From Dehalococcoidia bacterium (GTDB lineage Bacteria > Chloroflexota > Dehalococcoidia > Lucifugimonadales > JAGWBF01), in the NCBI GenBank assembly GCA_965248975.1, contig CBDFKU010000017.1:109090-173089 (forward strand): a stretch of 64,000 nucleotides of DNA, written 5' to 3'. The position numbers were made by a program, and so were the translations under genes. The stretch's first letter is position 1. The number at the start of each line of letters is the position of its first letter. The notes beneath the pieces were generated by a model. That model did not search any database. It had not been told where the DNA came from and was given only the letters and a program-made list of their open reading frames with translations. Positions 50,542 to 62,535 of the stretch are shown in pieces.

Positions 50542-52161
50542 TCAGGCGCCTATCAGCTTGCCCCGCCTCCACAGTCCGTAAGCCACCGCCATTCCCGCTA
50601 TCCAGAAGGGGCTGAATATGCCCAGCCAGATCCCGCCCGCGGCTATCCCCCGGCCCGCCGACGCCAGGGCTCCCACCGCACCACCGGTGGCGTCGCCGGA
50701 GCTCCAGGCGGAGGCTTCCAGCACCGAGACCTAGAGGGTGTCGGTGCCCGTTACCATTCCCGCCTCGGTCGTGCCGCTGACGGTCAGGGTGGCGGTGAAA
50801 GGCTGGGGCCGGTGGTTGGGGAAGATATGGCTGGCGGAAGCGGTCGTCCGCTGGCCCGAGAGGTCTCCGGTGACTGGCTCCGAGCCGTCGCCGAAGTCCC
50901 AACGGAAGGCCAGGTCGTCTACCCCTTCGGGCCGTGTGAAGGAGCCCGTGAAGCTGATCGCATTCCCCGCCTCCAGCTCATGGTTGGGACCGGCGAACAC
51001 CTCGATAACGGGGGTCCTGGTGACCGTAACGATCAGGGTATCCTCGCCCTCGGCGACGCCGGCCTCGCCTGTCCCGGTGATGTCCAGGGTCACGATGAAG
51101 GGAGAGTCGGTCTCGTCCCGATAGGTGTGAGTCACCGTGGCCGTGGTCCTGGATGTCCCGTCTACACCGGGCGCGGTGCGGGTGCCGACCACCGGCGCAG
51201 AGCCGTCCCCGAAATCCCACTCGTAGCGAAACTCGGTGATCCCCTCCGGCGCTGTGAAGCTGGCCCGGAAACGGCCGGAATCCATCTCGCTCACCGTCAG
51301 GTCCAGGCCGGCATCCACCTGAATGGTGGCGGGAGCCAGCTCCAGGCTCACATTTATCAGGGAGAAGGCCGAGGTCTCCTCCAGCAGCTTGATGCGGCCC
51401 TTTATGCGCTCCATCTCTCCCTGTACCCGGGTGAGCTCCCGCTGTACTTCCAGAAGCTCGTTCACCTTTCCCGTTCGCTCCATCAGCTTGAGCAGCTGCC
51501 CCTCCGTTGCTTCCAGGTTCTTCAGGCGTGCCTGGTTGTCCACGTACTCGTCGGTCACGTCCCGGCTGGTAGAAACCTCGGAGTTCACCTCGACGGCCAG
51601 GCGTCGCAGCCGGCCTATGGCTTCGTCGGCTCGGTCCGCCGCCACACGGAAAGAGATGAAGCCCCTGTGCTTCTCGCTGTGGTTGGACTGGACCACCCAG
51701 CCCCCCAGCTCACGAGCCAGGGCGGCAGCCGTATCCAGGGTGGAAGACACATCGTCCACCACCAGCGCTGTATCTACGGTGCGTACCATTATACGCCCAT
51801 CGACCGCTGTGGGGATATCGTCGTTCGCCGGTTTGGAGAAGTCCGCTGCCTCCTTGATGTCGGCCGGCAACAGCGGGGGAGCCTCGGGCTCCATCATTCC
51901 GTCTTTCTCACGAGCCAGCCGGAGGGAGTCGGCCACTGCTGTCATCGGGGCCGGGGTCGGCAGGGTGGCTGCAACCGACCGTTGGCCCTGGTACAGGTCC
52001 GGCTCAAGGGTCTCGTCTTCGCCCGGGGCCCCACTTTCGCCCAGTCCCTGATTTTCGAAGGTCGCCTGTCGGCCGTCCTCGGACGTCCCGCCGCAGGCGG
52101 CAACGATCAGTAGCAGTATCATCGGCAGCCCAAATATAAGGTACAGTCTGCGTCGTGTCAT
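50542..52161 (-). pseudogene. DUF4349 lipoprotein with two PKD domains and C-terminal TM, interrupted by in-frame TAG at 50731-50733
   Basis: Lipobox VAAC, DVTDEYVD..ARLKNL, two WDFGDGS repeats, TDTL*VSVLEA...GIWLGIFSPFW in the same frame. Confidence 0.75.
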
Positions 52162-52320
52162 CTCTCACCTCCGGGTGTTTCTTGAGAGTACGGACGCAGC
52201 CGGCGCTGAGAAAGTTCCCTTGAGCCGGATATTGCCCTCGGACCCGAGATCGGTCCTCGCTGTCGGAGAATGGGCTTTTCTGGTAAGATTGTTGTGAACT
52301 TTCAAGTCGGGAGGGTAGAT

Positions 52321-52965
52321 GTGGCTATTCATTACGAGGACGACGAACTGCGCATAGTCAAGGTGGGCGGGATGGGACCGATAGACAACAACGCCTACGT
52401 CATATCCTGCCGCATCACGGGCGAAGCCGTCATAATCGATGCCCCGCCCGAGCCCCAGAAGCTTCTGAATGAGCTGGGCGACGTGAAAGTGAAGGCCATT
52501 TTCATCACCCACCGCCACGCCGACCACACGGCTGGTCTGGAGCAGGTCAAGGGCCATACGGGCGCTCCCGTAGCCTCCCACACCGACGATGCTCCCGGGC
52601 TTCCATCCTCCCCCGATTTTCAGCTAAAGGACGGGGAGATCTACGACGTGGGAAAGGTGAGGCTGCTGGCCAAGCACACCCCGGGACATTCCCCAGGGGC
52701 GATGTGCCTGCTGACGGGTAAGCACCTGTTCACCGGAGATACCCTGTTCCCGGGCGGCCCCGGCCACACCGGCTCGCCGGAGGCGTTCCGGCAAGTCAAG
52801 GACAGCATCGTTGGCAAGCTAATGACCCTGGATGACGATACCGCTGTCTACCCCGGCCACGGCGGAGACACCACCATCGGCAAAGCGCGAAAGGAGATCG
52901 AGGCCTTCGACTCCAAGCCCCACAAGGCCGACCTGTGTGGCAGCGTGGAGTGGCTGAACAGCTGA
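52321..52965 (+). CDS. MBL-fold metallo-hydrolase (glyoxalase II-like)
   Basis: THRHADH, HTPGHSPG, FTGDTLF, YPGHG. Confidence 0.93.
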   Translation: MAIHYEDDELRIVKVGGMGPIDNNAYVISCRITGEAVIIDAPPEPQKLLNELGDVKVKAIFITHRHADHTAGLEQVKGHTGAPVASHTDDAPGLPSSPDFQLKDGEIYDVGKVRLLAKHTPGHSPGAMCLLTGKHLFTGDTLFPGGPGHTGSPEAFRQVKDSIVGKLMTLDDDTAVYPGHGGDTTIGKARKEIEAFDSKPHKADLCGSVEWLNS

Positions 52966-52990
52966 CCGAACGGCCTGTCTACGGTAAATC

Positions 52991-54268
52991 TTGATAGAGG
53001 TTAAGATGCACAACAGTACGGTACTGGACAATGGGGTGACTGTGCTCACCTCCTCGATGCCCCACACTCGCTCGGTCTCCATGGCCATATTCGTCGGAGC
53101 GGGCTCCAGATACGAGTCCGACGAGATAGCCGGCGTGTCTCATTTCCTGGAGCATCTTCTGTTCAAGGGTACCAAGAACTGGCCCACCGCCCGAGAGATC
53201 AGCGAGGCGGTGGAGGGCGTCGGCGGCGTGATGAACGCCAGCACCGACCGGGAGATGACGGTCTTCTGGTGCAAGGTGGCCGGGCTCCATTTCCGCACCG
53301 CACTATCCGTCCTGGTGGACATGATGCTGAATCCCCTCCTGGACCCAGTCGAAGTGGAGAAGGAGCGGGAAGTGGTGCTGGAAGAGCTCAGGATGATCAA
53401 CGACTACCCCACCAACCGGGTGGACCTCCTCATCGACGAGACTCTCTGGCCCAGCCAACCCATGGGCAGGGACGTGGGCGGGACCCAGGACTCTGTGAAG
53501 GGCATCACCTTCGAGCAGATACAGGACTACGTGAGGCAACAGTACAACCCGGGCAATGCGGTGGTGGCGGTGGCCGGACAGATATCCCACGAAGAGGTAG
53601 TGGACCTGCTCAACGAGGCTCTAAAGGACTGGGCACCCCAGGAGCCCATGAATTGGTATCCGGTGCAGGACGGCCAGGATACCCCCCGGATTCGGGTGGA
53701 GCAGCGCAAAACCGACCAGGCCCACCTCTGCGTCGGACTCCCTGGTCTGCCCCTGGATCACCCCGACCGGTACGTGCTGGGGCTACTGAACGTCATCCTG
53801 GGCGAAGGGATGAGCAGCCGGCTGTTCCTGGAGCTGAGGGAGAAGCAGAGCCTGGCATACGACGTGCACAGCTCGATAAACATGTTCCGGGACTGCGGTT
53901 CCCTCATCGTCTATTGCGGCGTGGAACCCAAGAAGAGCGAGCGGGCGGTCAGTGCCATACTGGAGCAGCTAGCTAGCCTTCAGCAGGGGATCCCCCAGAG
54001 CGAGATAGAGAAGGCCAGGGAGCTCTCCAAGGGCAGGATGCTCCTGCGTATGGAGGACAGCCGAAGCGTGGCCATGTGGATGGGTGCCCAGGAAGCCCTC
54101 ACCGGCCGGGTGCGCACCGTGGACGAAGTGGTTGAGCGCCTGGATGTCGTGACGACCGATGACGTAGAGCGGCTGGCCAGAGACCTGATCCGAGAGGACG
54201 TGCTGAACCTTGCGGTGGTGGGTCCTTACCGCAGCGACCGCCGCTTCAGGAGCCTGCTGAAGCTGTAG
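52991..54268 (+). CDS. M16 (pitrilysin) family peptidase
   Basis: HFLEHLLFKGT, GMSSRLF.ELREK..LAY; start may be ATG 53006. Confidence 0.95.
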   Translation: MIEVKMHNSTVLDNGVTVLTSSMPHTRSVSMAIFVGAGSRYESDEIAGVSHFLEHLLFKGTKNWPTAREISEAVEGVGGVMNASTDREMTVFWCKVAGLHFRTALSVLVDMMLNPLLDPVEVEKEREVVLEELRMINDYPTNRVDLLIDETLWPSQPMGRDVGGTQDSVKGITFEQIQDYVRQQYNPGNAVVAVAGQISHEEVVDLLNEALKDWAPQEPMNWYPVQDGQDTPRIRVEQRKTDQAHLCVGLPGLPLDHPDRYVLGLLNVILGEGMSSRLFLELREKQSLAYDVHSSINMFRDCGSLIVYCGVEPKKSERAVSAILEQLASLQQGIPQSEIEKARELSKGRMLLRMEDSRSVAMWMGAQEALTGRVRTVDEVVERLDVVTTDDVERLARDLIREDVLNLAVVGPYRSDRRFRSLLKL

Positions 54269-54271
54269 GGA

Positions 54272-54682
54272 TTACCCGGCGGGCTTGAAGTAGGGGACGC
54301 TTATCCGGTCGGTGGCCTGGACGAAGGTGACCTGCACCGGCATGCCGATCTTCACCTCCCTGGGATCGCACTCGACGATGTTGGTGAACATCTTCACGCC
54401 TTCCTCCAGCTCCACCAGCGCCACCACGTAAGGAACCTCTTCGGCGAAGCCGGGGGTGCGGTTCTGGCTGGTCACGGTAAAGGTCCAGACGGTGCCCTTC
54501 CCGCTGGCCCTGGCCCAGGCGATGTCGGTAGTCCAGCAGCCGGCGCAGATGCCCCGGGGGTAGAACTGGTACTCACCGCAGCTATTGCACTTCTGGATCA
54601 GAAGCTCTCCGCGGCGGCAGGCGTCCCAGAAGGGCATGGTCTCCCCGGTAACGGTCGGCAGTGGCTTCTTCCATTCGGCCAT
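54272..54682 (-). CDS. Zn-ribbon/OB-fold DUF35 protein
   Basis: PFWDA...QKCNSCG..QFYPR..C..C, PYVVALVELEEG. Confidence 0.93.
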   Translation of the reverse strand: MAEWKKPLPTVTGETMPFWDACRRGELLIQKCNSCGEYQFYPRGICAGCWTTDIAWARASGKGTVWTFTVTSQNRTPGFAEEVPYVVALVELEEGVKMFTNIVECDPREVKIGMPVQVTFVQATDRISVPYFKPAG

Positions 54683-54688
54683 CAGCAG

Positions 54689-55870
54689 CTAGTCCCTCCC
54701 CAGGATAACGGTGCCGCCGCTGTGGCGGCTGCCGATAGTGCCGCCGGTGCCATGGCACAGCGCGATCTTGCAGTCGGACACCTGGCGTGGCGTGCCCTCG
54801 AACTCGTGGCGGAGCTGCCGCGTCGCCTCCATCAGCAGGAAGATGCCCCGCATCCCTGGATGGTTGGACGAGAGGCCGCCGCCGTCGGTGTTTATCGGCA
54901 GCTCACCTCCGACCTTGAGGCGTCCACCCGACACGAAGTCGCCACCTTCGCCCTTCTCGCAGAACCCCAGGTCCTCCAGCGTCACCACCACCGTGATGCT
55001 GAAGGAGTCGTAGATCATGCACATGTCGATGTCCTGGTGTGTTACCCCGGCCATGGCGAAGGCCGGCTCCCAGCTCTGCTTGGCGGCGATGTACACCAGG
55101 TCCCGCTTTCCCGCGCCCTGGTGGGCTACCGCCTCCCCCACTCCTAGCACCCAGACCGGCCGCTGCTTGCAGTTCCTGGCCACCTCGGGGGAAGCCACCA
55201 CCACCGCTCCGCCCCCGTCGGTGATGACACAGCAGTCCAATAGGTGTAACGGCGACGAGACTACGCGGGAGGAGGTCACGTCCTCGACGGATATGGGGTT
55301 GCGGAAAAGGGCCTGGGGGTTCATCGCGGCGTGGCTGCGCATCGCCACCGAGACCTCGGCAAGCTGCTCGGGCTTGGTGCCGTACAGGTGCATGTGCCTC
55401 TGGGCGATCATGGCGTAGAGGCCCACTGTGGTCAGGCCATACAGCTCCTCGAAGCTGTCGGGAGACGATTCCAGCGTCGGCTGCCCGTACCGGGCCACTC
55501 CGCCGGTCCCCACGGATATGTCCCCCGAGCGGGCTAGGGTGCTGTAGGTTATCAGCGCGCAGTTGATGCGCCCGGCCGCTATGGCCGTCAGGGCGTGGGA
55601 CAGGTGGAACTCAAAGGAGGCTCCGCCAACCGAGGTGTTGTCCACGTACCTCGGATTGAGGTCCAGGTAGTCGGCGAGACTCACGCCGCTGAGGCGGGCG
55701 GTCATGGAGGAGGTGAAGAGCCCGTCCACGTCCTTCTTGGAGAGGCCGGCCTCCTCCAGGGCCTTGATGGCGCTCTCGCCCTGGATCTGCTGCTCGCTCT
55801 TGTCCGCCGCGTACCTGGCGGGATGCTCGTGGACGCCCACGATGGCCGCCGAGCGACTGAGGTCAACCAT
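54689..55870 (-). CDS. Thiolase-like (SCP2-type) protein
   Basis: DCCVITDGGGA, YDSF, EDLGFC.KGEGG, NTDGGGLS; start set to ATG 55870. Confidence 0.9.
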   Translation of the reverse strand: MVDLSRSAAIVGVHEHPARYAADKSEQQIQGESAIKALEEAGLSKKDVDGLFTSSMTARLSGVSLADYLDLNPRYVDNTSVGGASFEFHLSHALTAIAAGRINCALITYSTLARSGDISVGTGGVARYGQPTLESSPDSFEELYGLTTVGLYAMIAQRHMHLYGTKPEQLAEVSVAMRSHAAMNPQALFRNPISVEDVTSSRVVSSPLHLLDCCVITDGGGAVVVASPEVARNCKQRPVWVLGVGEAVAHQGAGKRDLVYIAAKQSWEPAFAMAGVTHQDIDMCMIYDSFSITVVVTLEDLGFCEKGEGGDFVSGGRLKVGGELPINTDGGGLSSNHPGMRGIFLLMEATRQLRHEFEGTPRQVSDCKIALCHGTGGTIGSRHSGGTVILGRD

Positions 55871-56304
55871 GGAAACCTCCGGACGGGGGATAGCCGGGGT
55901 GGCATCATCATAGGGAGGTGAGGGGAGGGTGTCAAGGCGTCTCCGGAGGGCCGGAACCTTTTGCCATTCGTCCGCGTCTAACTTGGTGAGGGTATACATT
56001 GGTCGGCGGGGACGGTCGTAGCCGGTCCAACGATCTACGGGGTGAGAGGAGCCGTCATGGACCACGCCACCCACAGGACACGCTCGCCGAGCAGACGGCT
56101 CCTCCTGCTCGTTCCGATAGTCCTCGCGGGCGCTATGGGCGGTGCCATCGGGTTGTTTGGTGGGGGGCTGATCGCTGCGGCGACCTGCGATTGGAACGTC
56201 AAGGAGGCGGGGTGCGTGGAGGACGCAGCCTACGGGGCCGTGGTCGGGGCGTCCGTCCTGATCCCCCTGGGCGTCGTTGTGGGAACCTGGAGGCAGGCAA
56301 TCTT

Positions 56305-58283
56305 GATTCGTTCGTAAAAACCCCTCGCCAAGCTGGGGCAAGGCAGGGATAATGTGTGGAAGCGGCGAGGTGCTGCACCTGGGCGGGGGAGGTGAGCATG
56401 TTCCGAGAGCGAGACCCACAGGTGAGCCTGTGGCAGTCCGAGTTCCTGGTTCCGCCGAAGAAGGCCAGGCGCTTGGAGCGGAGTTGGGCCGAGGTTTTCC
56501 GGAACGAGGCGCTCCCCCTGATTGACGAGGAGCGCTTTGCTCCGATGTACTGCGCGGACAACGGCCGTCCCAACCGAGCGGTGCAGACGGTCCTCGGGGT
56601 CCACCTTCTCAAAGAGATGTTCAACCTCACCGACGATGAAGCCCTAGAACAGCTGGAGTTCAATCTGCTCTGGCACCACGCCCTGCGGCTGGATATGGAG
56701 GAGACCCACCTCCCCCAGAAGACGCTACACAACTTCCGAGTTCGCCTGATGCAGCACGACGGTGGCCGGCTGGCTTTCCAGGAGACCACGGAGCGGATCA
56801 TCCAGGCGCTGGGTATACGCACCGGAAAGCAGCGGCTGGACTCCACCCACATCATGAGCAACATCGCCACCCTCACCCGCCTCGGCCTGTTCTGTGAGAC
56901 GATGCGGTTGTTCCTTCGGGCCGTGAGCCAAGAGCACCCAGAGCTTCGCCGTGTGGTCCCAGAGGGCCTTGTGAGGCGCTACTTGAAGGAAGAAGCAGAA
57001 GCGACCGACTACGAGGACGCCCGCTCGGGGGAGGGTCGCCGAAGGCTTGGCGTGTGTGCCCGGGACCTCTACCGGCTGGTGGACGGCTTCCGTGGCACGG
57101 CTGCCGCCCAACTGGAGGAGTACCGGCTGCTGGAGAGGCTGCTGCGGGAGCAGTGTGTGGTGGGCAACAAGAGGGACGGGCGCCCCGGAGAGGGCGATGA
57201 CGACGCAGGGGAAGGGGCGGTGCCCATCACCCTCAGGGACCCGAAGGAGGTGCGGTCCGATTCCCTGCAATCGCCCCACGACCCGGAGGCCACCTACAGC
57301 GGGCACAAAGGCAAGGGGTACGAGGTACAGGTGGCGGAGACCTGCCATGCGGAGAACGCCACCCAGTTGATCACTCATGTAGAGGTGACCCCATCCAGCG
57401 GGAGCGACACCGACGTGACTGTGCCGCTGGTTGACGGGCTGGCGGAGCGGAAGGTCCGACCGGACGAGCTCTTCGCGGACACGGCGTATGGGTCGGGCCG
57501 CAACGCCTTCGAGGCCTCGCGCCGGGGGACGGAACTGGTGAGCCCGGTGGCGGGGTCGGCGCCGGGGAACTCCCACGAAGGAGAGGGAGACGGACCGCCG
57601 CCGCTCACTGGGGCGGACTTCCAGATCGACGTCACCGGGGAGCAGGCCACGGTGTGCCCCGCCGGGCACCGGTCCGTCGAGGAGTACGAGCTGGAGGATG
57701 CGCCGGAGCGGGTAGAGGTTCACTTTGCCAGGGCAACATGCGAGCTCTGCCCCTTGCGGTCCCGTTGCCCGGTGAAGCTGGACCGGCGTGCGGGGGCCTA
57801 CGTCCTCAAGGCGGACCTGGTGAAGGTGAACATCGAGGGGCGGCGGCGGGCCGAGGCCACCGAGGAGTGGCGCAAGCGGTATGCCATAAGGGCCGGGATA
57901 GAGGGGACAAACTCCGAGCTGAAGCGCGCCCACGGGCTTGGGCGCTTGCGGGTGCGAGGGGGCCGTCGGGTGCGGCTTGCCGTCTACCTGAAGGCGTTGG
58001 CGTGCAACTTCAAGCGGATGGTCCATGCACGCCTGGTGGAGATGGAAAACACGGCTCAGCCGGAGGCCGGGACGGTACCTGCGGTCGCAGCCGCGTGAGG
58101 GCCCCGCTCCATAACTTCCATCGGGCGCCCTGAGCCACGGAAGGGGTACTGCACGGGATCCTGCTTGTCCTGAGCGCAGCCCCAAGGGCGGTGAGGTCAG
58201 CAGCCGACAGCCCGTGGCGCCTCCCTGCCAGACACCCTCGCACTCCAGGGTCCATCTCTAACAGGCCTTTCTACGAAGGAATC
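56305..58283 (+). mobile_element. IS1182-like insertion sequence
   Basis: Imperfect terminal inverted repeats GATTCGTTCGTAAAAA / TTTCTACGAAGGAATC; direct repeat AATCTT at 56299-56304 and 58284-58289. Confidence 0.9.
56398..58098 (+). CDS. DDE transposase (IS1182/IS5-related)
   Basis: GRP N-terminal motif, LDSTHI, DPEATY, ADTAYGS, CELCPLRSRC, YAIRAGIEGTNSELKR. Confidence 0.9.
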   Translation: MFRERDPQVSLWQSEFLVPPKKARRLERSWAEVFRNEALPLIDEERFAPMYCADNGRPNRAVQTVLGVHLLKEMFNLTDDEALEQLEFNLLWHHALRLDMEETHLPQKTLHNFRVRLMQHDGGRLAFQETTERIIQALGIRTGKQRLDSTHIMSNIATLTRLGLFCETMRLFLRAVSQEHPELRRVVPEGLVRRYLKEEAEATDYEDARSGEGRRRLGVCARDLYRLVDGFRGTAAAQLEEYRLLERLLREQCVVGNKRDGRPGEGDDDAGEGAVPITLRDPKEVRSDSLQSPHDPEATYSGHKGKGYEVQVAETCHAENATQLITHVEVTPSSGSDTDVTVPLVDGLAERKVRPDELFADTAYGSGRNAFEASRRGTELVSPVAGSAPGNSHEGEGDGPPPLTGADFQIDVTGEQATVCPAGHRSVEEYELEDAPERVEVHFARATCELCPLRSRCPVKLDRRAGAYVLKADLVKVNIEGRRRAEATEEWRKRYAIRAGIEGTNSELKRAHGLGRLRVRGGRRVRLAVYLKALACNFKRMVHARLVEMENTAQPEAGTVPAVAAA

Positions 58284-58481
58284 AATCTTCCCGACCTTCC
58301 TCCTCGCATTTCTTGTCGCCAGCGCAATAGCCGTGGCCGGCCTATCGGCGGCCCTCGCTACCGGGCATGAGTGGATAATCGCGGCCATACCGGTCGCGCA
58401 GCTGATGACGTCGGCCGCCATTGGCTGGAGGACGCTGGCTGGAGCGACGAGCACAAGGCGTTGAGGCCCCCGCGGTGAGAT

Positions 58482-59445
58482 TCATCCGAGATTGTAGATT
58501 GCCCTTTTTACCTCAGGAACCACTTCGGTGGCGAATCTCTTTGTCTGGTTGACCGCGTCGTCTGTCGGCGGCCAGAGCACGAACGAGTCCAGGCCCAAGT
58601 CCCGGTAGTAGCCGACCAAGGCGTCCGTCCATCCGCGGGGCGTGGTTACAAGCCAGTTGTCGTCTCTGGTCTCCGGGGTGTCCACGATAGCCCCCAGCAG
58701 GTTGTAACATCGACGGACCTGGCCGGGATCTCGTCCGGCACCACGGGCTCCGCGGTCGATCCTCTGCTGCATTTCCGGAATTACATCCGGGACCGCGAAG
58801 GTATTCGACGGCACCCACCCATCGCAGATAGCTCCGGTGAGCCGCAACATACGGGGTCCGTAGGCACCTGCCCAAAGGCGGATGGGCTCCGTCGGATAGG
58901 GTCCCGATTTAGCGCCCCTCAGGTAGTAGTAGTCTCCTTCGTACCGTCCCTCGGTGGCAGGGTCCCAGAGCTCGCGCATGACTGTGATTGCTTCTTGGAA
59001 GGCGTCTACGGTCTCGCCAGGTGTACGGCGTGGACCTCCGTAAGCGTCTATCCCGTCGGCGAAAATCCCTGCTCCGACTCCGAGCTCGACTCGTCCGCCC
59101 GTGAGGAGCGAAAGGGTTGCGGCTCCCTTGGCTACCATGGCGGGGGTCCTCAGGGGGAGGTTGAGCACGTTGGGCATCACCGAGATGTGTTTGGTGGACG
59201 TCGCCAGGGCTACGAGCAATGTCCATGCGTCAAGATAATGTCCGATGTAAGGATGATCCTGGATGGCCAGAAGGTCGAGTCGATGCTCGTCGGCGATCCG
59301 GGCGACCTCGAAGATCGTTTCTACCTGTCCGGCTACCGGCTCGACGCTGACGCCGAACAGTGGTTTATTCCGTGCAAGCAGTCGCGTCATAAACCCATCC
59401 TTCCAGGGAGGTGCTGCTTGGGTGCCGGTGACAGTCCAGGTCTGC

Positions 59446-59453
<8 letters not shown>
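58482..59453 (-). CDS. LLM-class flavin-dependent oxidoreductase
   Basis: QDHPY, GGRVELGVGAG, GAYGPRMLRLTG..CDGW; true start may be ATG 59390. Confidence 0.9.
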
Positions 59454-62367
<2,914 letters not shown>

Positions 62368-62535
62368 AGCTCCTGCCTGCGGGATATCGTCAACGATTAT
62401 TGTAGCACTCAGGGCGGCGGCGCGGCAGGGGGCCTAAGGGTATTTGATTAGATGCCTTGCCGTATGCGCACCATACCGAGGCATCCCGCAGGCGACACTC
62501 AACAAAAGACATGGAATGAAGCCGGGTTGATGCAA

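Larger units (their letters stand above)
56042..58464 (+). pseudogene. Small membrane protein gene split by an IS
   Basis: Removing the IS and one AATCTT restores ...GTWRQAIFPTFLLAFLVASAIAVAGL...GATSTRR*. Confidence 0.8.

Noticed and set aside
49202-50902. N-terminal extensions of lysA, the thiolase-like gene (to 56419) and the FAD subunit (to 20330) in the ORF track
   Set aside because: The extensions overlap other genes or promoters; downstream starts with RBS fit the family lengths
50476-52113. Long antisense ORFs such as 50476-52113, 11197-13092, 25800-27251 and 62452-63924
   Set aside because: Shadow frames of GC-rich genes on the opposite strand, with no motifs of their own
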